Shown: positions 9,542 to 17,333 of the stretch, in pieces
How the letters are laid out: the number at the start of each line of letters is the position of its first letter
Numbering within the stretch: the first letter of the stretch is position 1
The notes under the pieces: generated by a model
Told to the model about the DNA's origin: nothing
What the model saw: the letters and a program-made list of their open reading frames with translations, nothing else
Databases searched by the model: none
Made by a program: the position numbers and the translations under genes
NCBI GenBank assembly: GCA_964448725.1
Contig: CAYVAJ010000001.1
Span: forward strand, 135,525 to 199,524
Length of the DNA stretch: 64,000 bases
Reading direction: 5' to 3'
DNA from: an uncultured Gammaproteobacteria bacterium
GTDB taxonomy: Bacteria; Patescibacteriota; Microgenomatia; Levybacterales; GWA1-39-11

Positions 9542-9629
9542 GGAGGAGTCGCATAGCACGGTCCATTGCGGGGGATTGCTAATCCCCTGAGCCGAAAGGC
9601 TCGCGCAGGTTCGAATCCTGTCTCCTCCG
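9542..9629 (+). tRNA. tRNA-Ser (anticodon GCU), long variable arm, no encoded CCA
   Basis: GGAGGAG acceptor stem. Anticodon arm GGGGA-TTGCTAA-TCCCC. Variable hairpin GAGCC-GAAA-GGCTC. T-arm GCAGG-TTCGAAT-CCTGT. Acceptor CTCCTCC. Confidence 0.85.
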
Positions 9630-9719
9630 CACGTCAAACGTGGCTGTCGTGTTTGACGCGATGCCATAAGACAGGATGAGAAGCCCGCCTCGATGTTCAT
9701 CGGCAGTCCCCTTGGGGGA

Positions 9720-9745
9720 AATCCTGTCTCCTCCGCACGTCAAAC
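9720..9745 (+). repeat. 26-bp direct repeat of the tRNA-Ser(GCU) 3' end (AATCCTGTCTCCTCCGCACGTCAAAC), second copy 106 bp downstream of the first (9614-9639); att-site-like scar
   Basis: Exact 26/26 identity read directly from sequence. Intervening 80 bp contains two small palindromes (CGTCAAACG..CGTTTGACG; CGATG..CATCG). Confidence 0.7.
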
Positions 9746-9801
9746 AATACACCTTATTAACTCACTCTTATCATATATCGAAACAGTTATATAATAACAA
9801 C

Positions 9802-10485
9802 ATGACTGCTTTTCAAATAAAGCTGATTGCGATTATTACTATGACCATTGACCATGTGGGACTCTTTTTCTTCCCAGACGTAGAGGTATTGAGAATAATT
9901 GGGAGACTCTCATTTCCTCTCTTTGCTTGGCTTATTGCAAACGGTGCATATCATACAAAGAATATCAAGTCTTATATGCTACGGCTTTTTGTCTTTGCAT
10001 TTATTTCTCAAGTTCCATTTTGGCTTGCCTTTCACCTGATTTTTCCTGTAGACCTTGGATTAAATATTTTCTTCACTTTATTTCTCGGACTTGTTGCAAT
10101 TTATGGGAAACAAAAAATAAAAAACAATGTAGGGTGGATGTTATTAGTAATGCTCTGTTCTTTTACCGCGTTAATACTAAATACTGATTATGGCGCAGCA
10201 GGGGTATTGTCTATTGTAGGTTTTTATGTATTCTTTAATAATTTACCAAAATTGGTTGTCTTTCAAATGCTCCTATTTTTTCTGTTTTTTACTGTTCCTG
10301 CAATTTTATTGTATACGGAGACACTGCAATTGAATATCGTAGGTTTGTTACAGCCTATTGCCGTCACATCGTTATTTTTTATCGCAAAATATAATAAAAA
10401 AGAAGGACTAAAAGCAAAATATCTTTTTTACTTTTTTTATCCGCTTCATTTACTTGCTATTTATCTCATCTTTGTCTGGATATGA
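9802..10485 (+). CDS. TraX-family membrane protein
   Basis: MTAFQIKLIAIITMTIDHVGLFFFP matches the TraX N-terminal signature (K.IA...M.iDH.g). Polytopic. ORF-track start at 9676 overlaps the tRNA and is rejected; ATG at 9802 used. Confidence 0.7.
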   Translation: MTAFQIKLIAIITMTIDHVGLFFFPDVEVLRIIGRLSFPLFAWLIANGAYHTKNIKSYMLRLFVFAFISQVPFWLAFHLIFPVDLGLNIFFTLFLGLVAIYGKQKIKNNVGWMLLVMLCSFTALILNTDYGAAGVLSIVGFYVFFNNLPKLVVFQMLLFFLFFTVPAILLYTETLQLNIVGLLQPIAVTSLFFIAKYNKKEGLKAKYLFYFFYPLHLLAIYLIFVWI

Positions 10486-10488
10486 TAG

Positions 10489-10902
10489 TTATGTACTGGT
10501 ATCATTAGGTGTACTAGATGCAGGGTTTTCCTGTTCACCTTTTTTATATCTGAAATACCCATATCCGATTGCCGCAAGAAGAATCACTTCAACTGCAAAA
10601 TCAAGAAAATAGACCCAGTGGATTTGTGCACGGTAGATAATCTCGATAACCATAAATGCCAATGGTGAACCCGCAGCAAGGAAAAGAATGCTCCGTGTCT
10701 TTTCTTGACGAATAGATAATAACAAAGCTATTCCTATGACAATGATAAGCGCTGACACCATATGAAGTAAGAAGATATTGTTCTTTGGACCAGTTACAGC
10801 TTCAAAACTACTCAAATGCATAAAAGGCCAGATTCCTGTTAAGACATAATAACTTCCTTGTATTCCAAGTACCCAATCAAGGAGAGAAAAAGCTTTCTTC
10901 AT
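10489..10902 (-). CDS. Small polytopic membrane protein, hypothetical
   Basis: 137-aa ORF, four hydrophobic helices. Confidence 0.5.
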   Translation of the reverse strand: MKKAFSLLDWVLGIQGSYYVLTGIWPFMHLSSFEAVTGPKNNIFLLHMVSALIIVIGIALLLSIRQEKTRSILFLAAGSPLAFMVIEIIYRAQIHWVYFLDFAVEVILLAAIGYGYFRYKKGEQENPASSTPNDTST

Positions 10903-10991
10903 AAAATTACTTTACTGTTGCAAGATATGAAAAATGTGAAAAAAGTTGTGTGATAGTGTTAGAAAACAAGAGCTGCTTCTGATTTAAAAGA

Positions 10992-11020
10992 TTGACTGGA
11001 ATTGCGTGATAGCGTACAAT
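10992..11020 (+). promoter_or_regulatory. Putative promoter of tRNA-Ser(UGA): TTGACT-17 bp-TACAAT
   Basis: TTGACT at 10992-10997, 17-bp spacer, TACAAT 11015-11020, 14 nt before the tRNA start. Confidence 0.4.
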
Positions 11021-11034
11021 AAGTTCCACTATAA

Positions 11035-11121
11035 GGAGAGTTGGCCGAGCGGTTTATGGCGCTAGTCTTGAAAACTAGTGGGAGCAATCCCTCACAGGTT
11101 CGAATCCTGTACTCTCCGCCA
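11035..11121 (+). tRNA. tRNA-Ser (anticodon UGA), long variable arm, CCA encoded
   Basis: GGAGAGT acceptor. Anticodon arm CTAGT-CTTGAAA-ACTAG. Variable arm GGGAGCAATCCCTC. T-arm ACAGG-TTCGAAT-CCTGT. ACTCTCC-G-CCA. Confidence 0.85.
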
Positions 11122-11205
11122 CGTTTGAATTCTTATGCCTTAGGCATCTTGACTTTCCTCCTTTCAAAGTTTTTTCCTTCTCAGCACCCATGATATACTC
11201 GGTGT

Positions 11206-12114
11206 ATGTCTAAGTTAAAGACCGTAATTGATGAAAAAGAAGTAATTTCGTTTTTGCAAAATAATTTTGATAAGAATGTTAACTCAGTAAATTTTATAAC
11301 AGGAGGCGAAATGTCTCAGGCTTTTTCATTTTATACTGATAAAAATTATGTTATTCGTATTAATTCAAAGCAAGAAAGTTTTAATAAAGACAGATATGCT
11401 TTTGATCACTTCGCAAGTTACGAGCTTCCTATACCTCAGATATTTAAGATAGACCGATTTAATGAAAAATATTATTTTGCAATATCAGAGTTAGCAAAAG
11501 GAAAAAATTTAGACACATATAGTATAGATGATCAATACAAACTTCTTCCTCAGCTCATATCAATACTCGACACCATTCATAGTGTCCAGATTGATGATAC
11601 TAAGAAGTTTGGCTATTGGAATGAGAAGGGGGAGGCATTATTTGAAAGCTGGAAAGATTATATACTCAATAAGAAAGATGATGTTTATTCAAACTGGGAG
11701 AAGTTATATGAGGAGACATCTTTAGAAAAAGAAATTGTGAATCAAATCACAGAAAAAATAAATAAGCTTTGTGAGTTTTTACCTGAAGAAAGATATTTGG
11801 TACATGGGGATTATGGTAGTAATAATGTTACTGCAGATGGAGAGAAAATAACAGGTATTCTTGATTGGGGAGAATCTTTATATGGCGACTTCCTTTATGA
11901 TGTTGCATGGCTTCAATTCTGGTCATCTGGTATTTCTTATAGCGTGATTTTTAAGGATCATTATGAAAAGACCAACAAGAATTGTGATTATTATCATGAA
12001 AGATTACTTTGTTATCAACTCCACTTGGGATTAGGTGCTTTGGGGTTTTTTGCATTATCAGATCAAAAGAGTTCATATATATGGACTAAAGAGAAGATAC
12101 TTTCTTTAATGTAG
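11206..12114 (+). CDS. Aminoglycoside phosphotransferase of the APH(4)/hygromycin-B kinase (Hph) family
   Basis: Collinear similarity to Hph recalled from memory: SQAFSF, YVIRINS..FNKDRYAFDHFAS.ELPIPQIF (Hph: YVLRVNS..FYKDRYVYRHFAS.ALPIPEVL). Catalytic LVHGDYGSNNV..DGEKITGILDWGESLYGD (Hph: LVHADFGSNNV..DNGRITAVIDWSEAMFGD). Confidence 0.85.
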   Translation: MSKLKTVIDEKEVISFLQNNFDKNVNSVNFITGGEMSQAFSFYTDKNYVIRINSKQESFNKDRYAFDHFASYELPIPQIFKIDRFNEKYYFAISELAKGKNLDTYSIDDQYKLLPQLISILDTIHSVQIDDTKKFGYWNEKGEALFESWKDYILNKKDDVYSNWEKLYEETSLEKEIVNQITEKINKLCEFLPEERYLVHGDYGSNNVTADGEKITGILDWGESLYGDFLYDVAWLQFWSSGISYSVIFKDHYEKTNKNCDYYHERLLCYQLHLGLGALGFFALSDQKSSYIWTKEKILSLM

Positions 12115-12151
12115 TAACTAAATTTAGGTAAAAACTAATAATATCTACTCA

Positions 12152-13036
12152 TTACTTCTTTTTTAATCCAGGAAGAGAGCCTTTTGTTGGTACTTGTTGT
12201 AGTTCCACAAATTTGCTGTATAGAAAGAACAAAATTCCGATTGCTAGGTATATCTCCATCAGTTCTTCCCATTGGTCAAACATGGCATCACCAAATCTTC
12301 CACGTAAGTACGCATATACAATTATGGGAATGAAAAAGCCAATTAATCTCCATGAAGGACTGAAATATCCTATTACTGTAGTTACAAGACGGGGAAATCG
12401 AGCCTTGTGCATTCCTTTAACTATAGCCCAGGCAGAAGCTGCATAAAAACCAAGTAATGCATAAGCCAAATATACATATTGAAATACTGATTTTTGGTTA
12501 TGAATATTAAATTCAAACTGAGTATTATTTTTAGCAATTGCATCAGGTGTTTCAAATCCGATAATTCGCTGTCCCCACGATATTTCTTCTCCAGCAATCA
12601 CAAAAGAAGCAACCATAATACCAGCAAAAATGATGAGATAAAATCGTTTCCATGAAGACGGAAGTTTGGGCATTTTTTGAATGAGACGTACACAGCGATA
12701 AGAAACAACACCTGCTAATATATATACTCCAAATGTTAGATACTCAGTAAGAGAATCTTCTTTTTCTATATACCAAAAAACATCTGGTAAATTCCATTTA
12801 AAGTACACAGCTAAAGATAAGACCCAGAATGGAATTACGAATAGCAACCAATTCTTATATTTTTTTAAAAAAGCCAAATCAAAAATCAGTAAGGAAATAG
12901 CTGAAAGATAAAGTGCGATTGGCTCAAGAAGTGGCGGGTGAATATGAAAAGTACTAAAGAAGAAATTAGCATGGACTATTGGGTGGATGATCTGGATACC
13001 TGCACAGGTGGCTACAATTATGGGAAATATAATCAA
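12152..13036 (-). CDS. Polytopic membrane protein, hypothetical
   Basis: 294-aa ORF, about 8 hydrophobic helices. No recognised motif. Confidence 0.55.
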   Translation of the reverse strand: MIIFPIIVATCAGIQIIHPIVHANFFFSTFHIHPPLLEPIALYLSAISLLIFDLAFLKKYKNWLLFVIPFWVLSLAVYFKWNLPDVFWYIEKEDSLTEYLTFGVYILAGVVSYRCVRLIQKMPKLPSSWKRFYLIIFAGIMVASFVIAGEEISWGQRIIGFETPDAIAKNNTQFEFNIHNQKSVFQYVYLAYALLGFYAASAWAIVKGMHKARFPRLVTTVIGYFSPSWRLIGFFIPIIVYAYLRGRFGDAMFDQWEELMEIYLAIGILFFLYSKFVELQQVPTKGSLPGLKKK

Positions 13037-13042
13037 AATTAC

Positions 13043-13228
13043 TTACTGTAATTTTTCAGGGAAAGATTTACGTAAGATGAAGCGGTAGACAAAAAGAGCA
13101 ATCAGACTTGGAAGAAATACAAAATCTGTTGAGATTTTAAAATGATTAGCGATAAATCCTGAATACGTAAAGAGTTCTAAAAAATAGATGCCTACGGTAA
13201 AAAGAACAAGAGCCAAAACAAAGTACAT
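13043..13228 (-). CDS. Small membrane protein, hypothetical
   Basis: 61-aa ORF, two hydrophobic helices, 6 nt downstream of the preceding gene. Confidence 0.35.
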   Translation of the reverse strand: MYFVLALVLFTVGIYFLELFTYSGFIANHFKISTDFVFLPSLIALFVYRFILRKSFPEKLQ

Positions 13229-13366
13229 ATCTACACCATACTATCGGAAAACAAGAAAATGCGCAATAGGACTCAGAACTTATAAGATATGACTATTATT
13301 TCCTTGCTCTCTTCTTACAAAACTATCGTATCTCTCTCACTATAAGCCAGTATAGTATGCTCAAAG

Positions 13367-14443
13367 ATGAAGATTGCACAGATTGCTCCTTTGAGTGAAC
13401 GTGTACCACCTCCAAAATATGGAGGAACGGAACGCATAGTCTATGAACTCACCGAAGGATTGGTAAAAAAGGGGCATGATGTTACATTATTTGCCAGTGG
13501 AAATTCCAAGACTTCAGGCCGCTTATACTCTCTCATCCCAAAATCTCTTAGAGAACTAAATGTTAAAAATCCATATGGATTAAGTGAGTGGAATATGCTT
13601 AATGTCGGCGTGGCGTATGCACATCAGAGTGAGTTTGATATTATCCATGATCATAACTACGTAATTAGTATGCCTGTTGCTAATCTTTCAAGAACTCCAG
13701 TGGTTCACACAGTACATGGTAGTTTTCATGAAGATAATATTTCATTATATTCTGTCTTGAACAATGTTAATTTGGTGACTATATCAAAAGCACAGCAAAA
13801 GAATGGCCGTGGTTTAAATATACTGGACACTGTGTATAACGGGCTTTCAATGGACCATTATCCTTTTAGTAGAGATCATGATGGGTATTTGTTAGTTATT
13901 GCTCGTATGTCGCGAGAAAAAGGTATTCATTATGCAATAGATGTCGCAGAGGCACTTAATTTACCCTTGATTATTGGTGGCAGGATTTCAGCTAATGAAC
14001 AAGAGTATTTTACTCAGATGATAAAGCCACGGCTTTCAAGGAAGGTAAAATGGGTTGGAGAAGTTGGTGAACGAGAGCGGAATATCTTGATGAGCAAAGC
14101 ATTGTGTATGCTGCATCCTATTACATGGCCTGAACCATTCGGGCTAACGATGATTGAGGCTATGGCTTGCGGGTGTCCAGTAGTCGCCTTCAAGCAAGGG
14201 TCAATATCAGAGGTTATCGATGACGGAAGAACAGGATTTGTTGTAGAGACTGTTGATGAGATGAAGCGTGCAGTACAGAATATTGGACAAATCAGACGGA
14301 CTGCCTGCCGGGCATATGCGCTCGATGAATTTAATGCAGAAAAAATGATCATTGCTTATGAATCTATTTATGAGAAGGTACTTGGTATGGCAAAAAAAAA
14401 GAGCACTATTACTCGTCCTTCTCCAAAAATAAGAAAGTCATAA
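13367..14443 (+). CDS. Glycosyltransferase family 4 (GT-B fold)
   Basis: N-terminal KYGGTERIV and C-terminal EPFGLTMIEAMACGCPVVA..GFVV motifs characteristic of GT4 retaining transferases. Confidence 0.85.
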   Translation: MKIAQIAPLSERVPPPKYGGTERIVYELTEGLVKKGHDVTLFASGNSKTSGRLYSLIPKSLRELNVKNPYGLSEWNMLNVGVAYAHQSEFDIIHDHNYVISMPVANLSRTPVVHTVHGSFHEDNISLYSVLNNVNLVTISKAQQKNGRGLNILDTVYNGLSMDHYPFSRDHDGYLLVIARMSREKGIHYAIDVAEALNLPLIIGGRISANEQEYFTQMIKPRLSRKVKWVGEVGERERNILMSKALCMLHPITWPEPFGLTMIEAMACGCPVVAFKQGSISEVIDDGRTGFVVETVDEMKRAVQNIGQIRRTACRAYALDEFNAEKMIIAYESIYEKVLGMAKKKSTITRPSPKIRKS

Positions 14444-14453
14444 TTAAATGTGA

Positions 14454-15809
14454 GTGCTTGCTTGCCTAAAAGAAAAAAAAGTTGATATAGTGTTTCTCAT
14501 GCCCGAGAATTTATTAGGAAATACAATACAGAATTTATCCCGTAACTTAGTTGAACTTTCTACGGATATTGGATTTAATGCGTCTGGGAGAGATGAGGTG
14601 TATGGATGTCTCTTTGGTAGGGATAGTGCACTGACTATTCTTCATATTTTGCAATCACTCAATAGTAAGTCTTCCCAGCATGGATTCAATCACGATGAAT
14701 TGCTTGCTATTTGTAAACGCACCTTGCTGACATTAGTAGAATTACAAGGTCAAACAGTAAATCTTGAGAGTGGAGAGGAGCCTGGAAAATTCATACATGA
14801 ATACCGGACTGAAAAATATGAGCGGTTGTTGCAACTACCTAAACCTTGGTATGTGTACCCTGATGGAGTATTAAGAAATTATGATTCTATTGACTCTACT
14901 CCCCTTGTGCTTATAGCACTTCACCGATATTATCATGTCACTGGCGATGATGAATTTTTATTAAAAGTTCTACCCGCTGTTGAGCGCGGCTTGAACTGGA
15001 TTGTCTCTTATGGAGACAAAGACAAGGACTCCTTACTCGAATATGAACTTCCTCATGATCGTATAAGTGGTGGGTTGCAAGTACAGTCCTGGACAGATTC
15101 GATCGAATCGATGCTTAGACCCGATGGAACAATGCCTCCATATCCTATTGCACCTGTTGAAGTACAAGGTTATGCTTGGCTTGCATTGCAATCCTGGTCA
15201 CGATGGTATCTTGATCAACCTTCACCATCTCATCACCAGTTCGGACATCAATTATTAGCCGATGCACAAAGACTCAAGGCTCGATTTAATGAAGTTTTTC
15301 TTATAGAAAACAATGAATTATTCTTTCCAGTGCAAGCATTGGATGGTGAAAAAAACAAAATAGACACCATTACTGGCAATTCTCTTATTTTGCTCTGGGC
15401 AACCGATCCTGAAAGTAAAGAGTGTATATTATTTGATGAATATGTCGATCCTCTGGTGAAACGTTCGTTTCAACACGACTTGTTTGATCAGGATGCAGGA
15501 ATTCGGACTATGAGCACGTTATCGTTAACATATAATCCGGGACATGACTCATATCATAATGGTAGCTTTTGGCCAATACTGAATGGGCTTGCTTATGAAG
15601 GGTTACGAAAGTGGGGATATGCACACGAAGCACAGCAGTTAAAGCATGCGTCATTAAAACCCTATCATTATTTCCAAGTTCCGATCGAGTTGTATATTAA
15701 GAAAGAAGACGGAAGCTATGGAGAGTTCTGTGGAGAGGACGGACAGCAAAGCTGCAAAATACAAGCATGGTCAGCTGCAGCATTTTTACATATGCTTGTG
15801 TCTTCATAG
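14454..15809 (+). CDS. Six-hairpin glycoside hydrolase of the amylo-alpha-1,6-glucosidase (GDE_C)-like family
   Basis: GCLFGRDS, YHNGSFWP and (alpha/alpha)6-barrel-like periodicity resembling the GDE_C/GH63 clan. Exact start uncertain (possibly MPENLLGN at 14502). Confidence 0.55.
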   Translation: MLACLKEKKVDIVFLMPENLLGNTIQNLSRNLVELSTDIGFNASGRDEVYGCLFGRDSALTILHILQSLNSKSSQHGFNHDELLAICKRTLLTLVELQGQTVNLESGEEPGKFIHEYRTEKYERLLQLPKPWYVYPDGVLRNYDSIDSTPLVLIALHRYYHVTGDDEFLLKVLPAVERGLNWIVSYGDKDKDSLLEYELPHDRISGGLQVQSWTDSIESMLRPDGTMPPYPIAPVEVQGYAWLALQSWSRWYLDQPSPSHHQFGHQLLADAQRLKARFNEVFLIENNELFFPVQALDGEKNKIDTITGNSLILLWATDPESKECILFDEYVDPLVKRSFQHDLFDQDAGIRTMSTLSLTYNPGHDSYHNGSFWPILNGLAYEGLRKWGYAHEAQQLKHASLKPYHYFQVPIELYIKKEDGSYGEFCGEDGQQSCKIQAWSAAAFLHMLVSS

Positions 15810-15884
15810 ATATACCGTAAAGGTAACTTCACTTTTCTTGTTAGGATATTTTTCTTACCAATCAAATTCTGATACACTCATACT

Positions 15885-16745
15885 ATGGCGCAAAATGATG
15901 TAATTTATGTTGTTAAGAAAAATGGTGAACGTGAACCATTTTCTGAGGAGAAAGTTATTCGTGCAATGAAGCGGATAGGTCTTGATGAATCACGTCAATC
16001 AGAGATACTGGCAGATGTAAAATCACGGTTGCATCAGGACATAGAAACAGTAGAGATATATTCACATATCCGTGAGTATCTGGAAAAGAATGATAAAAAA
16101 GCATCAATAAAATATAATCTTAAGCAGGCAATTTTTGATCTAGGACCAACAGGTTTTCCTTTTGAACGATACATTCAACGGATTTTTGATGGATTGGGGT
16201 ATAGCACAAAAGTTGGGGAGATTATGCAAGGTGCATGTGTAACTCATGAGATTGATTTGCAAATTGAAAAAGATGGAAAAAGAGAGATTATGGAGGCAAA
16301 ATTTCATAATCAACAAGGGGTAAAGACTGATGTACAAGTTCTTCTCTACACTTACGCACGGTTCTTGGATGTCCAAGAAGCAAACCCAGTTGAAGGTGTA
16401 TGGATTGTTACTAATACAAAATTGACGCTTGATGCAAGTAATTATGCTCAATGTAAAGGAGTCAAAGTAATAGGATGGAACTATCCAGAACACAATAATT
16501 TGCAAGATTATGTAGAAAAGCCAGAGATGTATCCGATTACAATTCTCAAATCACTCTCAAAGCAGGAAAAAGAAAGTTTGCTTGCTGGTAATATTATTCT
16601 TTGTAGTGATCTGCTGAACGCTTCAGATCATGAATTACAGGACACTTATTTTTTGAGTCAGGAAACAATTGCGAATGCAAAAGAACAAGCACAGGCAATC
16701 TCAGGTAACTCCACTACTTCTTCATTTCCACAGAATAGAGAATAA
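15885..16745 (+). CDS. ATP-cone domain fused to a restriction-endonuclease-like (Mrr_cat-type) domain
   Basis: N-terminal VIYVVKKNGEREPFSEEKVIRAMKRIGL is the ATP-cone pattern (NrdR/RNR type). Central FERYIQRIFDGLGY..THEIDLQIEKDGKREIMEAKFH resembles Mrr/REase catalytic-core (D..E.K) layout. Confidence 0.6.
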   Translation: MAQNDVIYVVKKNGEREPFSEEKVIRAMKRIGLDESRQSEILADVKSRLHQDIETVEIYSHIREYLEKNDKKASIKYNLKQAIFDLGPTGFPFERYIQRIFDGLGYSTKVGEIMQGACVTHEIDLQIEKDGKREIMEAKFHNQQGVKTDVQVLLYTYARFLDVQEANPVEGVWIVTNTKLTLDASNYAQCKGVKVIGWNYPEHNNLQDYVEKPEMYPITILKSLSKQEKESLLAGNIILCSDLLNASDHELQDTYFLSQETIANAKEQAQAISGNSTTSSFPQNRE

Positions 16746-16784
16746 TAGTTGCGATATATTCAGTACTCATAGTACAGTTATACC

Positions 16785-17333
16785 ATGATTATCATAAGTA
16801 TTCTCTTGGTTATTATCGTTATACTTCTGGTTATTTTGTCATTTGTTTGGCCACCTGATAGTCCTTGGGCACCGCAATGGAGAACCTCGCGTAATGTGGC
16901 ACGAGATCTTCTTAAATTTGCCGATATTAAAGAAGAAGATGTTGTATATGAACTGGGAAGTGGGGATGGAGAAGTGATTTTAAGTGCTGTTAAAGATTTT
17001 GGCGCAAGGTCAGTTGGCATTGAGATAGATCCGATTCGAGCATTTATATCAATCTGTCGTGTTAAGGCTAAGAGATTATCTTCGAGTGTCACAGTAATAC
17101 GAAAAGATTTTAAAAGTGTTGATTTGTCACCAGCAACCATTGTGTATATGTATTTAGTCCCAGCAGGAATGAAACGATTACTACCTAAACTAAAAAATGA
17201 ACTTGCCTCTGGTACTCGAATAGTGAGTTATCGCTATAAAATCCCTTTAGAAAAAGATGAAAAACAAATCCTGTTGGTCAAGAAAGATATGAAAAATAAA
17301 ATATATTTATATGTATTAAAAACAATGAAATAG
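16785..17333 (+). CDS. Membrane-anchored class I SAM-dependent methyltransferase (small)
   Basis: N-terminal TM then motif I VYELGSGDGEV and post-I acidic loop GIEID. No DPPY/NPPY, so not an amino-DNA methyltransferase. Confidence 0.6.
   Translation: MIIISILLVIIVILLVILSFVWPPDSPWAPQWRTSRNVARDLLKFADIKEEDVVYELGSGDGEVILSAVKDFGARSVGIEIDPIRAFISICRVKAKRLSSSVTVIRKDFKSVDLSPATIVYMYLVPAGMKRLLPKLKNELASGTRIVSYRYKIPLEKDEKQILLVKKDMKNKIYLYVLKTMK

Noticed and set aside
9473-9700. 75-aa minus-strand ORF and the 5' extension (9676-9801) of the TraX ORF overlapping tRNA-Ser(GCU)
   Set aside because: Both lie across a well-formed tRNA gene and its terminator-like hairpin. The TraX family start MTAFQIK at 9802 aligns with the family N-terminus, so the overlapping reading frames are treated as spurious.
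9640-9719. Possible integrated prophage or ICE between the two copies of the tRNA-Ser 3' end
   Set aside because: Only 80 bp separate the 26-bp repeats, far too short for an element. Kept as a scar or att-site finding, not as a mobile_element feature.
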